The notes beneath the pieces are model-generated. The model was not told where the DNA came from and ran no database searches. It was given only the letters and a program-made list of their open reading frames with translations. A DNA stretch of 64,000 nucleotides from Hypanus sabinus (lineage: Eukaryota): the NCBI RefSeq assembly GCF_030144855.1, contig NC_082722.1, positions 19,158,001-19,222,000 of the forward strand, given 5' to 3'. Every line of letters begins with the position of its first letter. Within the stretch, counting starts at the first letter, position 1. Made by a program: the position numbers and the translations under genes. Positions 13,425 to 26,200 of the stretch are shown here, piece by piece.

Positions 13425-14583
13425 TCAAAAGAATAAAACGGACGTAGAACATTTAGCTATTATTTGATCGCACATACTCTCCGTCTCACGCTACCACTCT
13501 CAATTGTTATCAATGCGGCAGTTTAAAATAACCTGAGTCTATCATCTTTTTAATTGTTTCAGGGGGCAGGAAAATGACAATACAGATGTACTGGTGACAG
13601 GTGGAGAACGCATGCCTATTTGGAATAAACGCAGCAGACTTAGCGCGTGCTAGGAGTGACTTTATTTCTTCTTCAAACTGTCCATTTTTCCCTAAATCTG
13701 CCCTTATAGGTCAATTTCGTATGAGCGCAAAATGAGAGGCAGCGAACTAGCTGGTTTGAATGGGATCGGCATTGTGGAGCTGCACAGGTAACAATCTGTG
13801 TTTCTCACTGTATAGGTTTAAGCACACGTCCCGTAATTGACATTAATGAAGTGGGTTTATTTGTCTTTGGGCTTCAGGTGGAAGCTGAATATATTCCTCT
13901 GTGAATTCACTGAATTGTTGATTACGGTGTTTCGATGATCCCCGATCCCCAAAAGTTCATCGAGAGATTGGCGCAGTGAACGATGTTTATTAATTACTTA
14001 TCAATAGTTGTAGCTATGCGTTTAAGCAACTGCGGGATCGAGATCGGTAAAATAAGTCGTGATATAAATACGTCGTAGTATAAAAACCGTCTGAAGAACG
14101 GGTGGATGTCGTTCACCTCGGCAATGCTTCGTTTTGAATTAGATGGCTTGTGATTTACCCTTCAACGCAAATTGTATACAGCTCCCTAGTTAGGCCGAAT
14201 CAATTTCGTCGTCCAAAAATTAGGTGGTTTAGTTCATCCGCTGTTTGAAACGTTTGATTGATAAAGCTGTTGGGGTTGTTTGAGCCACAGGTCAAGGCCG
14301 GGACAGGGTGGGACGTTGTGTAGGAATATAGGAATAACAAAAATATGGTTGGAAATATCAACTGTCCAAAAATAATTGGAGAAAAATCTAATCTCCAGAT
14401 TCACGTCGAAATAATAAACAGAACAATCCAAAAAGGTCTAAAATGATTTTTCCTGTTTTTAAAATATGTAAACCAAATTAGTGGCACAAATTGTAAACCA
14501 TTTCCCAACATTTTCATAATCCTGGCTTTTTCTAAAATGCAAAGAGATGAACATTCTGCACTTCCTCGAATAAAGACACTTAC

Positions 14584-14889
14584 GTAACGTAATAAGCTGA
14601 GAGCCACTTCCAATTCCCAATATTTGTTGTTGACTTTTCACTTGACAGTAATACCAGCTGACGTCTGCGTATCTCACATTCAGGAGGATAAATGTGCCCC
14701 TGCCTTACTTTACATTGAATTGATTTCTGCTGTCTGGTTCTAAAAATGCCTTCTGACCCTCCTTCCACCACGAAACATCAGCAGTATCTTGTAATATTGG
14801 AAATTTGCAGAACATGGATTCTTTGCACACGATTGAGACTTTTAAGGTGGGAGGGAATTGTTCCACAATGGCGGAAGTTGTTTTTGAGG
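14584..14889 (-). pseudogene. Gene A VJ exon with in-frame stop
   Basis: 306 nt, the same length as gene B, with acceptor ttcttag| and donor C|gtaagt. SMFCKFPILQDTADVSWW...NVK*GRG...DVSWYYC...GIGSGSQL; 46 of 101 residues identical to gene B with no gaps (hand count). Confidence 0.92.
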
Positions 14890-15065
14890 CTAAGAAAGCA
14901 TAAGTGAACATGGTGAAAACTGTTGCATTCACTGTACAAAGAATCAACAAACAAAATAGGCAGAACAATGGATATTTGCTAAAGCTAAATTTGCTGCGGG
15001 TTACAAATGTATAATGTTATAATATATTTGTTTCGCAGATTGGTCACGAAAAAAATGAAGTGTAC

Positions 15066-15119
15066 CTGGCAAAATGCGGCGAGAAGAGCCAAGTACCAAA
15101 CTTTTGCATCCACCGACAT
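15066..15119 (-). pseudogene. Gene A leader exon with -1 frameshift
   Basis: MSVDAKVWYLALLAAF.. is signal-peptide-like. It is 54 nt against 55 nt in gene B; one extra T in the tttt run restores ...AFLP and phase 1. Confidence 0.6.
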
Positions 15120-15239
15120 TGCCAATGAGAGTGGTCTGTCTGAAAGACAGAAATTCATAGGATGTGATAATCATGTGCTCATTATTTATGAAGTGACGTG
15201 GTCAAGGCTACGTCGATGCCTGGAGTATAGGAAATGAGG

Positions 15240-15790
15240 CGGATTCTGGAAATCCAGAAGAATACAGAGAAACTCTAGCGGATCTCAGTATCAATGATGA
15301 AAAACAAAAAGTATTTGTTTAGGGGTAAGATCCTTCTTCAGGATTGCAAAGGAACGGGGAAGAAGCCACAGAGTGGAGATAGGGGAGGGGAAACGCGTAT
15401 AAGTTGGCAGCTGATAAGAGGCGGGAGGGGGACATAAGGTGATAGCAGTTGACAGGTGGATTTATATTCCGCCTCGGTAGCCTCCAATCTACTGATATGA
15501 ACACTGAGTTCTCTAACTGTCAGTAATTTCTCTCATACATTTCCCATTCTGGGTCTCATTTTATCCCTTCTCTTCTCCTCACCTCGCTTTGCTGCTCCTC
15601 CTCCTTCACTTTTTCTAATCGTCCAATGTCCTCTCCTATCAGATTGCGTCTCATTTAGTCTTTACCACTTCCACATATCACCTTATGGCCGTTCCGTATT
15701 CGCATGGGTATTTTCCTGTATTCTCGTCCTTCCCGGTTCACTACGGCTACATGATGAAAGTCACAGCCCATTATTGATTCTTATCCCTTA
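15240..15790. mobile_element. Two Penelope-like fragments, back to back
   Basis: Plus frame FRLGSLQSTDMNTEFSN near 15465-15515; degenerate minus-strand tail at 15240-15440. Confidence 0.55.
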
Positions 15791-18199
15791 ATTAATGTTG
15801 GTACAGCACCAGAAAATGTCTTTGGAACAATGATATCTGTATCAATAATAGTTCTATCTGATCGGACGTGGTCTACATCGGTTTTTTTTGCCTCCTCCTG
15901 GGCTTGTTCGAATGTCCATTAACTGGTGTAAACAAATCAACACTCTGATGTAGCACTGCCAAGTCGCCTCCCACTCTCGGCGTAATGTACTTGCTCGCAA
16001 CCTCATTTATTTTTTTCTCTCTTATTTCAAGGCGATACCCGCTATTCACTGCCGCTAATATGCATGAGTGATTCTGGCAAAGAGAATGGTAAATCCAACA
16101 GGATTAGAGAATCCCTTTTCATGAGGATAATAAGATATTGCTTCAGAGAAAGGAGACCTGCATCAACTATAGGAAACGGGTTCAGGTGATTCCCGACAGA
16201 AATATGAGCTGCATTATTGTACACCTGCCGGAAATCATGAGAGTAGAAAGGTAACACTGCAAAACTTCTGAATATAAAGCAAGAGGAAATGAGGAAATAG
16301 CGACTGAGAAATCGCGATGACCGAGCTGTAAATTATTCATTCCCATCACTGTGGTAAAAATCCGGGAAGCTAAGGGATTTAGGGGAAAACATATTATTCT
16401 TTTAACAGATACACATGAGAAAAATGGAGGCGTGGGGTTAACGGGGTGCTAACGGTGTAAGAACATAGTCCGTTTGATGAACAAACGGCACATAATCAAG
16501 TGTATCTTTTGAAATTGTGAGAAGATAGAGAAGGAATTGTACGGCCTATTGCAAAAATATCAGCATCGTCTTTGACCAGTATTGTGTTACCGCAGCATTG
16601 GAGAGCGGCAAATCTGCATTTATTTAGGAAGATCTGAAAAGACAAAAGGAGAGTTGAAGGTGGCGAGCTCAACATCAATGCCTGGAGACACATTGGATTG
16701 GATCGCAGAGAAATAATCTATCACAATTTGGAAAGACAAAAGTTGAAATACTGACCGTACCATAGATTTCTCATTTGGAATCTCATCTAAAACATTTGAT
16801 CGATTTATTTTGAAGAGGTGATGAAGACAATTGTTGAGTGCAGCAACAGAACTTGTCCTTCATTGACTTTTGCAAGGTTGCATAGAGAGGTAGATAACAT
16901 GGGAGCCATGGAGAGCCATCCACCTGAGCACAAGAACACAAAATAGGCTTAGTAAAGGAAGTCAGACGATAACAGTGGAAATTTCATATCAAGAATGACC
17001 ACCTGCAGCTAGTGGTGGACTGAACAGGTGGGTTCCAGTTCTAGTATTGTTTACCATCTCCGAAATAGTTAGAGGAAAATATTTTTAACTTCGGTAATAT
17101 CTTTCGGAATGCATCGAAATTGGTGTATGCCAGACTGAAAGATAACTGCGGCATAAACTGCGAAAGTAGGACAAACAAGTGCAGATAGAATATAACTTGG
17201 CCATTTGTTGTCCTTTGGTTAGTTAAACTAGGGCAGGAATTGCACAGTCGATTGCCCAGGGAGTTGAAGTAAAACAAATTGACTGAGGGGTACATGAAGA
17301 TTGATCTTTGTAAGCCACAACAGAGGTGGAAAGACTGGTGAAGAAGGTGCTTGTCACATTTATTTAACAGTTGCAGCAATGATTACAGCATCTGGGCTGT
17401 CATGTTCACTGTACAAGTCGTTGGTGAAACAGACTCAGAATGTTCTTAGCACTTCTGATCAGCCAGCTGAAGAAACGGACGAAGCTTGAAATACTGCAGG
17501 TGAGATTCGAAAATACATTTGCGGGACAGCATGTTTTTCGCTGTAAGGAGAGTCTGGGATTACTCGTCCCTAGAGCACAGGAGGTTCACTGGTGACGTAA
17601 GCAGAGGGTATAGTTTCAGTCTTTTATCCAGAATAGCTCTATCAAAAATGAGAATGAATCGATTCAAGATAAGACAGAGAACATTTAAATGGATCTGTGG
17701 CAAGTTTTAAAAAGCAAGGGGCTTGGCAACTGAAATAAAGTATGGGATGAATAGGTAGAGGTGGGTACGATTGCAATGCTGTAGGAACATTTGAATTATT
17801 AAATAGGTAGATAAGGTTTATTGTGATAAGGTCCAAAACTTATCACAATAAAAGGTCCTGGTGCAGTTCTGTATGACGGCATGGGTCCATCTAGGTTGTG
17901 GGAATGGTTTTCATTGGTCTGCTGGGGACTGTAGAGCTTTGTCAGTATAATATAGGATTAATGCGTGATTTATATAATTGATGCTTGATAGGAGGGATTG
18001 ACGAGGTCGCGCAAATGTGTTCTGTGCACGTATAACTTATTCCGGTAAGACAGCAGTCTATTCTCCCATTGCGCCCTCATGTTAAGGTCAAGTGAAGAAA
18101 TAAGGACGGGAAACAATTGTCCCACACATATAAAATTACCTTGTGTGAAAAAAATACCCACCTGACCTTTGGAGGATAGAGCAATATAGAAGGGTTAAT

Positions 18200-18900
18200 A
18201 GAAGGGAATGATGGGAATCACAGTCGAGAGAAAAACAAAGTACATATGTGTTATCAGCTTAAAATACACCTTACCAAATGTTTGTTAATTGAATTTTATT
18301 CACTGCTAGAAAAGGTGTTTGATCTTTTTGAAAGTATTGATAACTATGAAAAACGTTTCTTTGGAGTTTACAAATTTTAACTATAATTTTTGTTTTTATT
18401 TTGGAAGATAAAGGAATTTTTGAACATTACGAAAAAAATAATTAGCTGTTTGAAACGTTTTGGATTTGACAGTTCCAGTTAACTCTGAAGGATATTGGAT
18501 TGATTTTCTCAAGAGGCGTGTCGGACTATTCGGCAAAACACACGAATTGTGCGATATTTCACTAAAACCGTGTGTACGGGTTTATCACATAAAATCTTTC
18601 CCCAGCCATCAGGAACGTTGTCATAGTTAAGAAGTACTTACAGGCATATTGAAAGGATTGCAAATTCCACTGTACCTGAACTATAACGTGAAAGGTGTTC
18701 CGTAGTGCAGGGAGAATCAAAGAGTGGGAAAGAAAATCAATCCCTTAATTTGCAACCATTCAATGGGCGATCAATCAGAAATGTTAGATCTGTTTCCCTG
18801 TCCCTGACGCTCGATGATCAACTAACTCTGAATGTCCATGTTTCCTCTATTTTTTGCGGACATCGTTTTTTTTTGGTGAAAATGTTGCTGCTATTATCCA
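18200..18900 (+). repeat. Segmental duplication block, paralogue at about 38940-39560
   Basis: Shared strings gaagggaatgatgggaatcaca, aaacaaagtaca, tgttaattgaa, atttgacagt, gcaaattccac and caatcagaaat. Confidence 0.85.
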
Positions 18901-19189
18901 GAAATTACTGTGGCATCTAAGCATATATCCATTCACATGGTCTTGTATTACCTCATTCAAGTCTTTGAAAACAAAGTGAGTTGTTGAGTCCAAGATCAAA
19001 AAGATTTCAGCATGCTGTGTGTCCCTTCTTCATCATCTCAGCGACAGCTATTGAAGCAATTCTCTGCCAGACACAGCTCATTATCTTTAGCTCCCAGTGT
19101 TGCCATTTTCAGCTAATATCGAATATTTTCTCAAAGGGCAGATGAAAGAGCATTGACACCAGTAACGCAACAGATTCTGCAAATTCTGG

Positions 19190-19915
19190 AGATCCAGAGC
19201 AGCACACACAAGGTGAACTCAGCAGATCAGGCAGCATCCACGGAAATTAATGAAATGTCAACGCTTCGGTCCGAGTCCCTTCATTAGGATTGGAAAGGAG
19301 GAGGGAAGATTGCAGAATAAAAAGGCGGTGAAAAGAAACACATATTCTAAGGTAATTGGTGAAGACAGTTTGAGTGGGTTTGGGAGGTTGGGGGAGTGGA
19401 GCGTGTGCGATTGGGCGGTGGGAAGACTTAAGAAGCTGGAAGGTAAGAGGTAGAAAATGCAAAGAGTTGGAGAACAAGGAGACTCTTCGGAAAGGAGAGT
19501 AGACTACAGGGGAAAAGGAAGGACGTTGGACAATAGCGAAAGTTATCAGCAGAAGAGCAGAGGACAGAGGTGGGAACAGAAGAGAGACGTGGGGGGAAAA
19601 AGACGTAAAGTAGAATTGGATGCTCGTGTCCTCCAGTTGGAGGATACCTAGACTGAATCCGAACTGTTGCTCGCCCACCCTGAAAGAGGCCTCATGAAGG
19701 CGTCAGAAGAGAACATGAATCGTCCTGTCGGAAACTGAATGGACAGAATCATTGGCCACGAGAAAATTCATCACGCATTTTGGGATGAACTGCAGGAGCT
19801 TGAAAAAGTGGTGCCCTGTTTACAATGAGTCTCGCCAATGTGGAGGAGGTCGCATCGGTAGCTCTGGCTTCAATAGACTACCGTAGCCCTTTCGCAGGTG
19901 AAGTGTTGCCTCACT
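19190..19915 (-). mobile_element. Penelope-like element fragment
   Basis: VGEQQFGFSLGILQLEDTSIQF in ORF 19247-19678, plus the family tail at 19190-19295. Confidence 0.7.
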
Positions 19916-21370
19916 GTTCGTGGCCCGGAACGGAGGTGATTAAGCTATAATTTTTAAGTTGTCTTTATTCGATTTAGATTTATAGTTTTGATTCGAAACA
20001 AACTGATGTCTTTAGCAATTTTAGAACAAATTTGACAACACTTCAAAGTCATTTACATAGCTACGTCAGTCTAGAATCTAGCTCGGTTGTGAAATTAATT
20101 ACACAAATAATATCCTTTTATTCATAGAACGGCCACGTCTTAGCTTCACTGTGCATTCTGATATCTACATCGGACCACGTTTCATTATTGTCTGGCTTAA
20201 ATGGAAATAAACCGCAATCATTCTGCAAATAGTCGCTCATGATGTAACCGTTCACGCTTGGAAGACTGTCAGCAATCGATAGGCTTAAAGATTAAAACTT
20301 CAAACTCTGTTTTATTTAACATTGTGATGAAGCTTCTCAATATTCTCTTTCCAGAAGGCACGCGCAGTAGAATCGAAACATATCACAGAAAAACATTAGA
20401 CACATTCACTTGCGAGGAAGAGGCTTTGTCGTCACTGTATATATAAGAAAATCTCATTGTCTGTAACCTAAAGGACGAGCTTTAAAAAAAAGCCAACAGT
20501 CCGCACATCGATTTTTGAAACACGTGTAAATTTTTAACACAAAGGCTTTCCATGATATCAACAGCGGGCCCGATGGTGTATTTCTATTCTCTGCTATTTG
20601 TAATTTCCTGTTAACCTGAACGAGGAGTTTGCTGTAGATCTTCAGCTGAAAGAAAGCATTCAATCCTGGAATGCATCACGGAAGAGGGCTTTTCCACCCG
20701 TTTCCTCCATTCAGAACGAAATATTAACGTAGACATTCTTATACCTGGCTCCAGCACGGTCCCACTTCCTCTAACATTTTCCTACCGTCCTCTGTCTGAA
20801 AACCATGCCGTGCCCAGCTCCCCTTTAAATATTTTCTCTCTCAGTTCACAACTATGTCTTCTAGATTTGGATTTCCTGTCTTGAGAAATTGGCTCTGAGC
20901 GTCTGGCATATTAACGTCCGTAACAACTTTTATTTTTTTTCAAATTCATAAGGTTATCCCTCAGTCACCTGTACTCCAGAGTAAGTGCCACTAAAGCCTT
21001 GCATCCCAGGCAATGTCCCAGAGCATCTCTTTTACAATTGTCCTAACTCTACTGCGTGCTATCTGTAGTGACCAGAATAGCACACGTCACTCCATGACCG
21101 GCCTGGCCATTGTCCATCGGTACAACATGTCCTAATTCCTGTCAATATTCTCCCAAGAGGGCAATGAGGCTAAACACATTCTTAACTGGTTCCTGGTCTC
21201 GTTGTTACATGAATCCTAAAATCCCCTTGTGCATCAGCACTTCTGATATCCCTACAGTATATCCAGTCTTTACTAACGGCAGACCAAATGATAAGTACAA
21301 TAGATTCTGAAATCTAGAGTAACAAACACAAAATGCTGGAGGAACTCAGCAGGTCAAGCGCCATCTCTGA

Positions 21371-21432
21371 CAGGGGCTCGCAACCTCTGTTAATGGTGTG
21401 GGTCCGTGTCATAAAAAGGTTGAAAACCCCTG
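21371..21432. mobile_element. 62-bp MITE with hAT-like terminal inverted repeats
   Basis: Left end caggggctcgcaacct versus reverse-complemented right end caggggttttcaacct, 13 of 16 matches. Confidence 0.6.
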
Positions 21433-21455
21433 TTATATGGAGGGGTATAAACAAT

Positions 21456-21485
21456 CAACGTTTCGGGTCGTGACCCTTCATCAGT
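21456..21485 (-). ncRNA. Minimal hammerhead-ribozyme-like motif in a Penelope-type tail
   Basis: CTGATGA-A-GGGT(cacg)ACCC-GAAAC-GTT: both core boxes are intact and stem II pairs perfectly. Stem I flanks are degenerate and there is an extra A after the first box. Confidence 0.5.
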
Positions 21486-23299
21486 CTTCGAAGAAGATAT
21501 GCCCTTGATTAGGCTGGTTGCTTGCAGCACGGACCAACAATTGCTCCAAGCAGGAAGTTTTGCCATGTCTTGTAAAAGGATTATGTACGGATTGGCCGTT
21601 ATTAACGATGATCTACCGAGTTCTGTTCTGAGCTTAACGTTACAAATCCTAACAGCATTGCAACAATGTAAATACGTTGAAGCTCTAAAATGTTACACAG
21701 TAATGATCGTGGTACGTTTATTATTTGGAAAACATTTGGATTATATATATCAACACAATTAATTACAGGGTATTTCACAATTATTTTTACATGGATTTTA
21801 AAATTATATTAGCTACGTTTGCGGGAGTACTTCAGTTACCACGCGGGGGCGCACCCGCTCAGTTCAGAGGGGACAGTGTCGGCAAGTGTTTCCAGACCAC
21901 AGAGGTGGGAGGCTGGATTCCTGATGATCTGAACTGTGTCCATAACCTTCTTCATTATTGATGTCTTATGCACCCTCCAACTCTCAACATTTTGGGTATT
22001 ATATTTGATTCGAAACTTACATATTCCTTTGAATCATGATAAAGCTGAATCTTGCTGTACAAAAAACTACACATTGTTTTCATTACATGCGAGTATAACA
22101 CCTCTCTGGAGAAAACCTCTTCATATAGAATCGTCGATAGAGATTCGTCCAGAGGCGGAGGTAATGCTTTGGATGTGAATAAAATGATACCTCTGATCAT
22201 CATGCAGAAAGGGCTCGCTGTGACTAAACAATGTTATTTCAATCCGCCATCTGCATGATCCATCCATAAAGAACAAAGTACAAAGATGGCCACTGGGGAC
22301 TCACTGCGCTCGCACCTGCATTCAGAGTTGTAAATTTAGTACGGACCCTGGTAAGATCACTTATTTCTTGTTTTCTTCTTGTAGTATTGCCATCGAGTCA
22401 CTTAGTTATTTGGCCGCACAATTATAATAATATTTATTACACATCATTCTTTGACCTGTATTTTTCTCCTTTTGAGTCTATTAAGTCAAGCAACACCTAA
22501 AACATTGATGGGATTACCGGTGAAAAAAATGCAGTAAGCATAAATTTGAAAATAATATTTATTAAAATGTGTAATATTCATGCATGAATGGGCGCTCCAA
22601 CAGGGATATATTTTGAAATATACATTTATTGTAGCCACTGCTTCTCAAATTTGCTTTTCCATAGAGTTCATTAAGAAATAATTGTCAGAAGTGGGTTTGG
22701 CAATATCGTGCACTCACGTGCTTGTCTATCATTTTTAGCAAGTTCTGGTCAATTGTATGCAAGATATTCTACAGTACTAGCAAATAATGCTACAGGGTTG
22801 AAACGACAGTTAAGTGAGCTGACAATGAATACGTTATGAAACGCAGTATAGAAAAAGATCAATAGCACTTCACATTTGCTTGCTGAATTGGTCTGCGTTT
22901 GTGACTTTGCGATTCAAAGAAACGTCAATCGGCTGTTTGAATGTTTTCTTCATCGGTGGATGAGAAATGAATAAGAAAGATAGGAGTCCAAAGATCCCGT
23001 CAATTAATAATAAGATATGACATTCGGCACTTTTACTTGAATGTAGAAATACAAACAGTATTTATGAGTGGAATGGTGGAAAGGATTTGTGAAGCAAAGT
23101 GACCTGGGTGAACGAAGCCAATGAATGATTCGGGACGGGAAACCTACCCCTGCCAGTCGTCATTCAGGCAAATCTTTAAGCAACAAGTGGACAGAAGGGG
23201 TGACAGGTAGGCGAGAAAACGAGGATGCAGATCAAACCAATCAGCCAGAAGACTGACGATGGGGTCTGTTCCACCATTTCTTGCTCAGACAGTAATACC

Positions 23300-26200
23300 A
23301 GAAAACCATAAACTACAGGAGCAGAAGTACATTATTCGGCTCATCGAGTCTTCTCCGCTTGACAATCGTGGGCCGATGCGATTATTCCAGTCATCCCCAC
23401 TCCCCTGCCTTAACCCCATACTCTTGATGCCCTGGCTAATCAAGAACCTGTCCATCTCTGCCTTAAGTACACCCGATCACTAGGAGTCCACAACAGCTCC
23501 TGCTAACACATTACACGGATATATCACCCTCTGACTGAAGTAATTTCTCCGCATCTCAGTTCTAACTGGACGTCCATCAATCTTCTAAGTCGTGACCTCT
23601 TGTACAAGAATCCCATAGCATGAGAAATAACATTGCCATATCGATTCTGTTCAATCATTTTAACATTTGGAATGTTTCTTTGAGATCACACCTCATTCTC
23701 CTGAACTCCAGGGAGCACAGCCCAAGAGCTGCCAGACGTTACTCAGACGGTAACTCTTTCATTCCTGGAATCATTCTTGTGAATCTTCTCTGCACCATCT
23801 CCGATGTCAGTATATTCTTTCTAAAATAAAGAGCACAAACTGCATACAATACTCCTCCTGGTCCCACGAGCGGCTTTCTGAGCCTCAGAATCACACCCCT
23901 GTTCTATTCTCTACCTCCAGAAATGAATGTCAGCATTGTGTTCGCCTTCTTCACAACCGATTCAACCTGGAGGTTAACCGTTAGGCTATCTTGTACAAGG
24001 ACTCCCAAATCCCTTAATATAGAACATAGAACATAGAATAGTACAGCACAGTAAAGGCCCTTCGGCCTACAATGTTGTGCTGACCCTCAAACCCTGCCTC
24101 CCACCTTAAATTCCTCCATATCTGCATTTTGAATTATCTCACAATTTAAATTCTAGTCTGCCTCTTTAACTCTTCCTCTAAAGTGCATGACCATGAACTT
24201 TCCAACATGACATTTCATTTGCCCCTTCATTGTCCATTCCCCTAAACTATCTAAATTTCTATGCAGGCTCTGTGTTTCTTCAATACTACCCGCTCCTCCA
24301 CATATCTTCGTATCATCTGCAAATTTAGCCACAAATCGACTAATACCGTAGTCCAAATCATTGACATACATCGTAAAAAGCAGCAGTCCCCACACTGACC
24401 CTGTGGTAAACCACGTCTACTGCATCTAAGCTGCTTGTAATTTCTTCAAAGAATTTTAGCAGGATCGTCAGGCAGGACTTTCCTTTCAGGAAACAATGCT
24501 GGCTTTGGCCTTATCTTTTCATGTACCTCCTGGTACTCCGAAATCTCATTCCTAACAATCCATTCCAACAACTTCCCAACAACTGATGTCAGGCTAACGG
24601 GTCTATAGTTTCCTTTCTACTGTCTCCCACCCGTTTTAGATAGAGGAATAATCTTTACAATTTTCTAGCCCTCTGGTACAATGCTAGAATCTAGCGATTC
24701 TTGAAACATCATTTTTAATGCCTCAGCAATCTCCACAGCTACTTCCTTCAGGACCTGAGGGTGTATTCTAACTGGTCCAGAAGATATATCCACTATCAGT
24801 CCATTACGCTTCCTGAGCACCTTCTCAGTCGTAATTTGTACTGCATAAAATTCACTTCCATGACACTCTTTAATGTTCGGTATTCTACCGACGTGTTCCA
24901 CTGTGAAGACTGATGCAGAATGCGCATTCACTTTCTCTGCCATCTCTGCACCTCTCATCACAAATTCTCCAGCGTTATTTTGTACTGGTCCTATATCTAC
25001 CCTCGACTGTCCTTTACCCTTTAAATACTTAAAAAAGCTTTTAGTATCTTCTTTGATATTATACACTAGCTTCATATAATACTTTATCTCTTCCTTCCTA
25101 ATGACCTTCTTAGTTTCCTTCTGCAGGTTTTTAAAGTTTTCCAAACATCTATTTTCCCACTGGCTCTGATGTCCTTGTATGCCCTCCCTTTCGCCTTTAC
25201 TTTGGCTCTGACTTCACTTGTCAGCCACCGTTGTGTCCTTCGTAGCTTTGAAAAAGTCTTCTTATTTGGAATATAGCTGTCTTGTATTTCTCTCTCTTTT
25301 ATTTTTTTTTTTTGCAGAAACTCCAGCCATTGCTGCTCTGCTCCCTTTCCTGCAAAGGTCGCTTTGGAGTCAACTTCGTCCAATTCCCCTCTCATGCCAT
25401 TGTAATTTCCTTTGCACCACTGAAATAATGGCACGTTGGTTTTTACTTCCCCTCTCAAATTTCAAAATGAACTCGAACATGTTGTGATTTCTATTCCCTA
25501 AGAGTTCCTTAACATTAAGCTCTCTTATCACCTCGGGATCACTGCACAACACCCAATACAACACAGCCTATCCCCTAGTCGGCTCTACAGCAAACTGTTC
25601 TAAAAAGCCCTCCCTTGATCATTCTACAAATTCTCTCTCGAGGTCCAGAAATGACCTGGCTTTTCCAATACACGTTCATGTTAAAATCCCCAGTGATTAT
25701 CATGGCATTGCCTTTCTGACAAGCCTTTTCTATTTCCTGCTGTAATTTGAAATCAACATCCTGGATGCTTTTTGGAGGGCTAAATAGAGACTGCCATTAG
25801 GGTCTTTTTACCTTTACAATTTCTTAACTGAACTCGTAGAGCACAACACCTTCCAATCCTAAGTCATCTCTTTATAATGATTTAATATGATTTCTTATAC
25901 TCAGAGCTACACCACCCCCTTTGCCTAACCTATCTTTCCGATGCACCGTGTAACCTAGGACTTTAGACTCCTAATGTCAGCCATCATTTAGCCAATTTTC
26001 AGCGATGAAGACAATGTGATATTTGCCCATTTGTAGCTGAATTTCAAGATCGTCGATTTTATTCTTTATGCTGCGTGTATTCAAATATAACACGTTCAGT
26101 CCAGAATGTGTTGTTTTCTGTTTTATCTACACTACGCCTGTAATTGCCCTATAACTCATACTAGGGTCTGTGATTAAGTCTCATCTCCTGCCTGTTCTTT

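Larger units (their letters stand above)
7434..15119 (-). pseudogene. Gene A: pseudogenised paralogue of the VJ-C1-TM receptor
   Basis: Leader 15066-15119, V 14584-14889, C1 13154-13424, TM 7702-7803 and a terminal-exon relic 7434-7652 lie in the same order and strand as in gene B. Lesions include a nonsense codon in V (TAA 14705-14707), a leader 1 nt short and a lost C1 acceptor. Confidence 0.88.
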
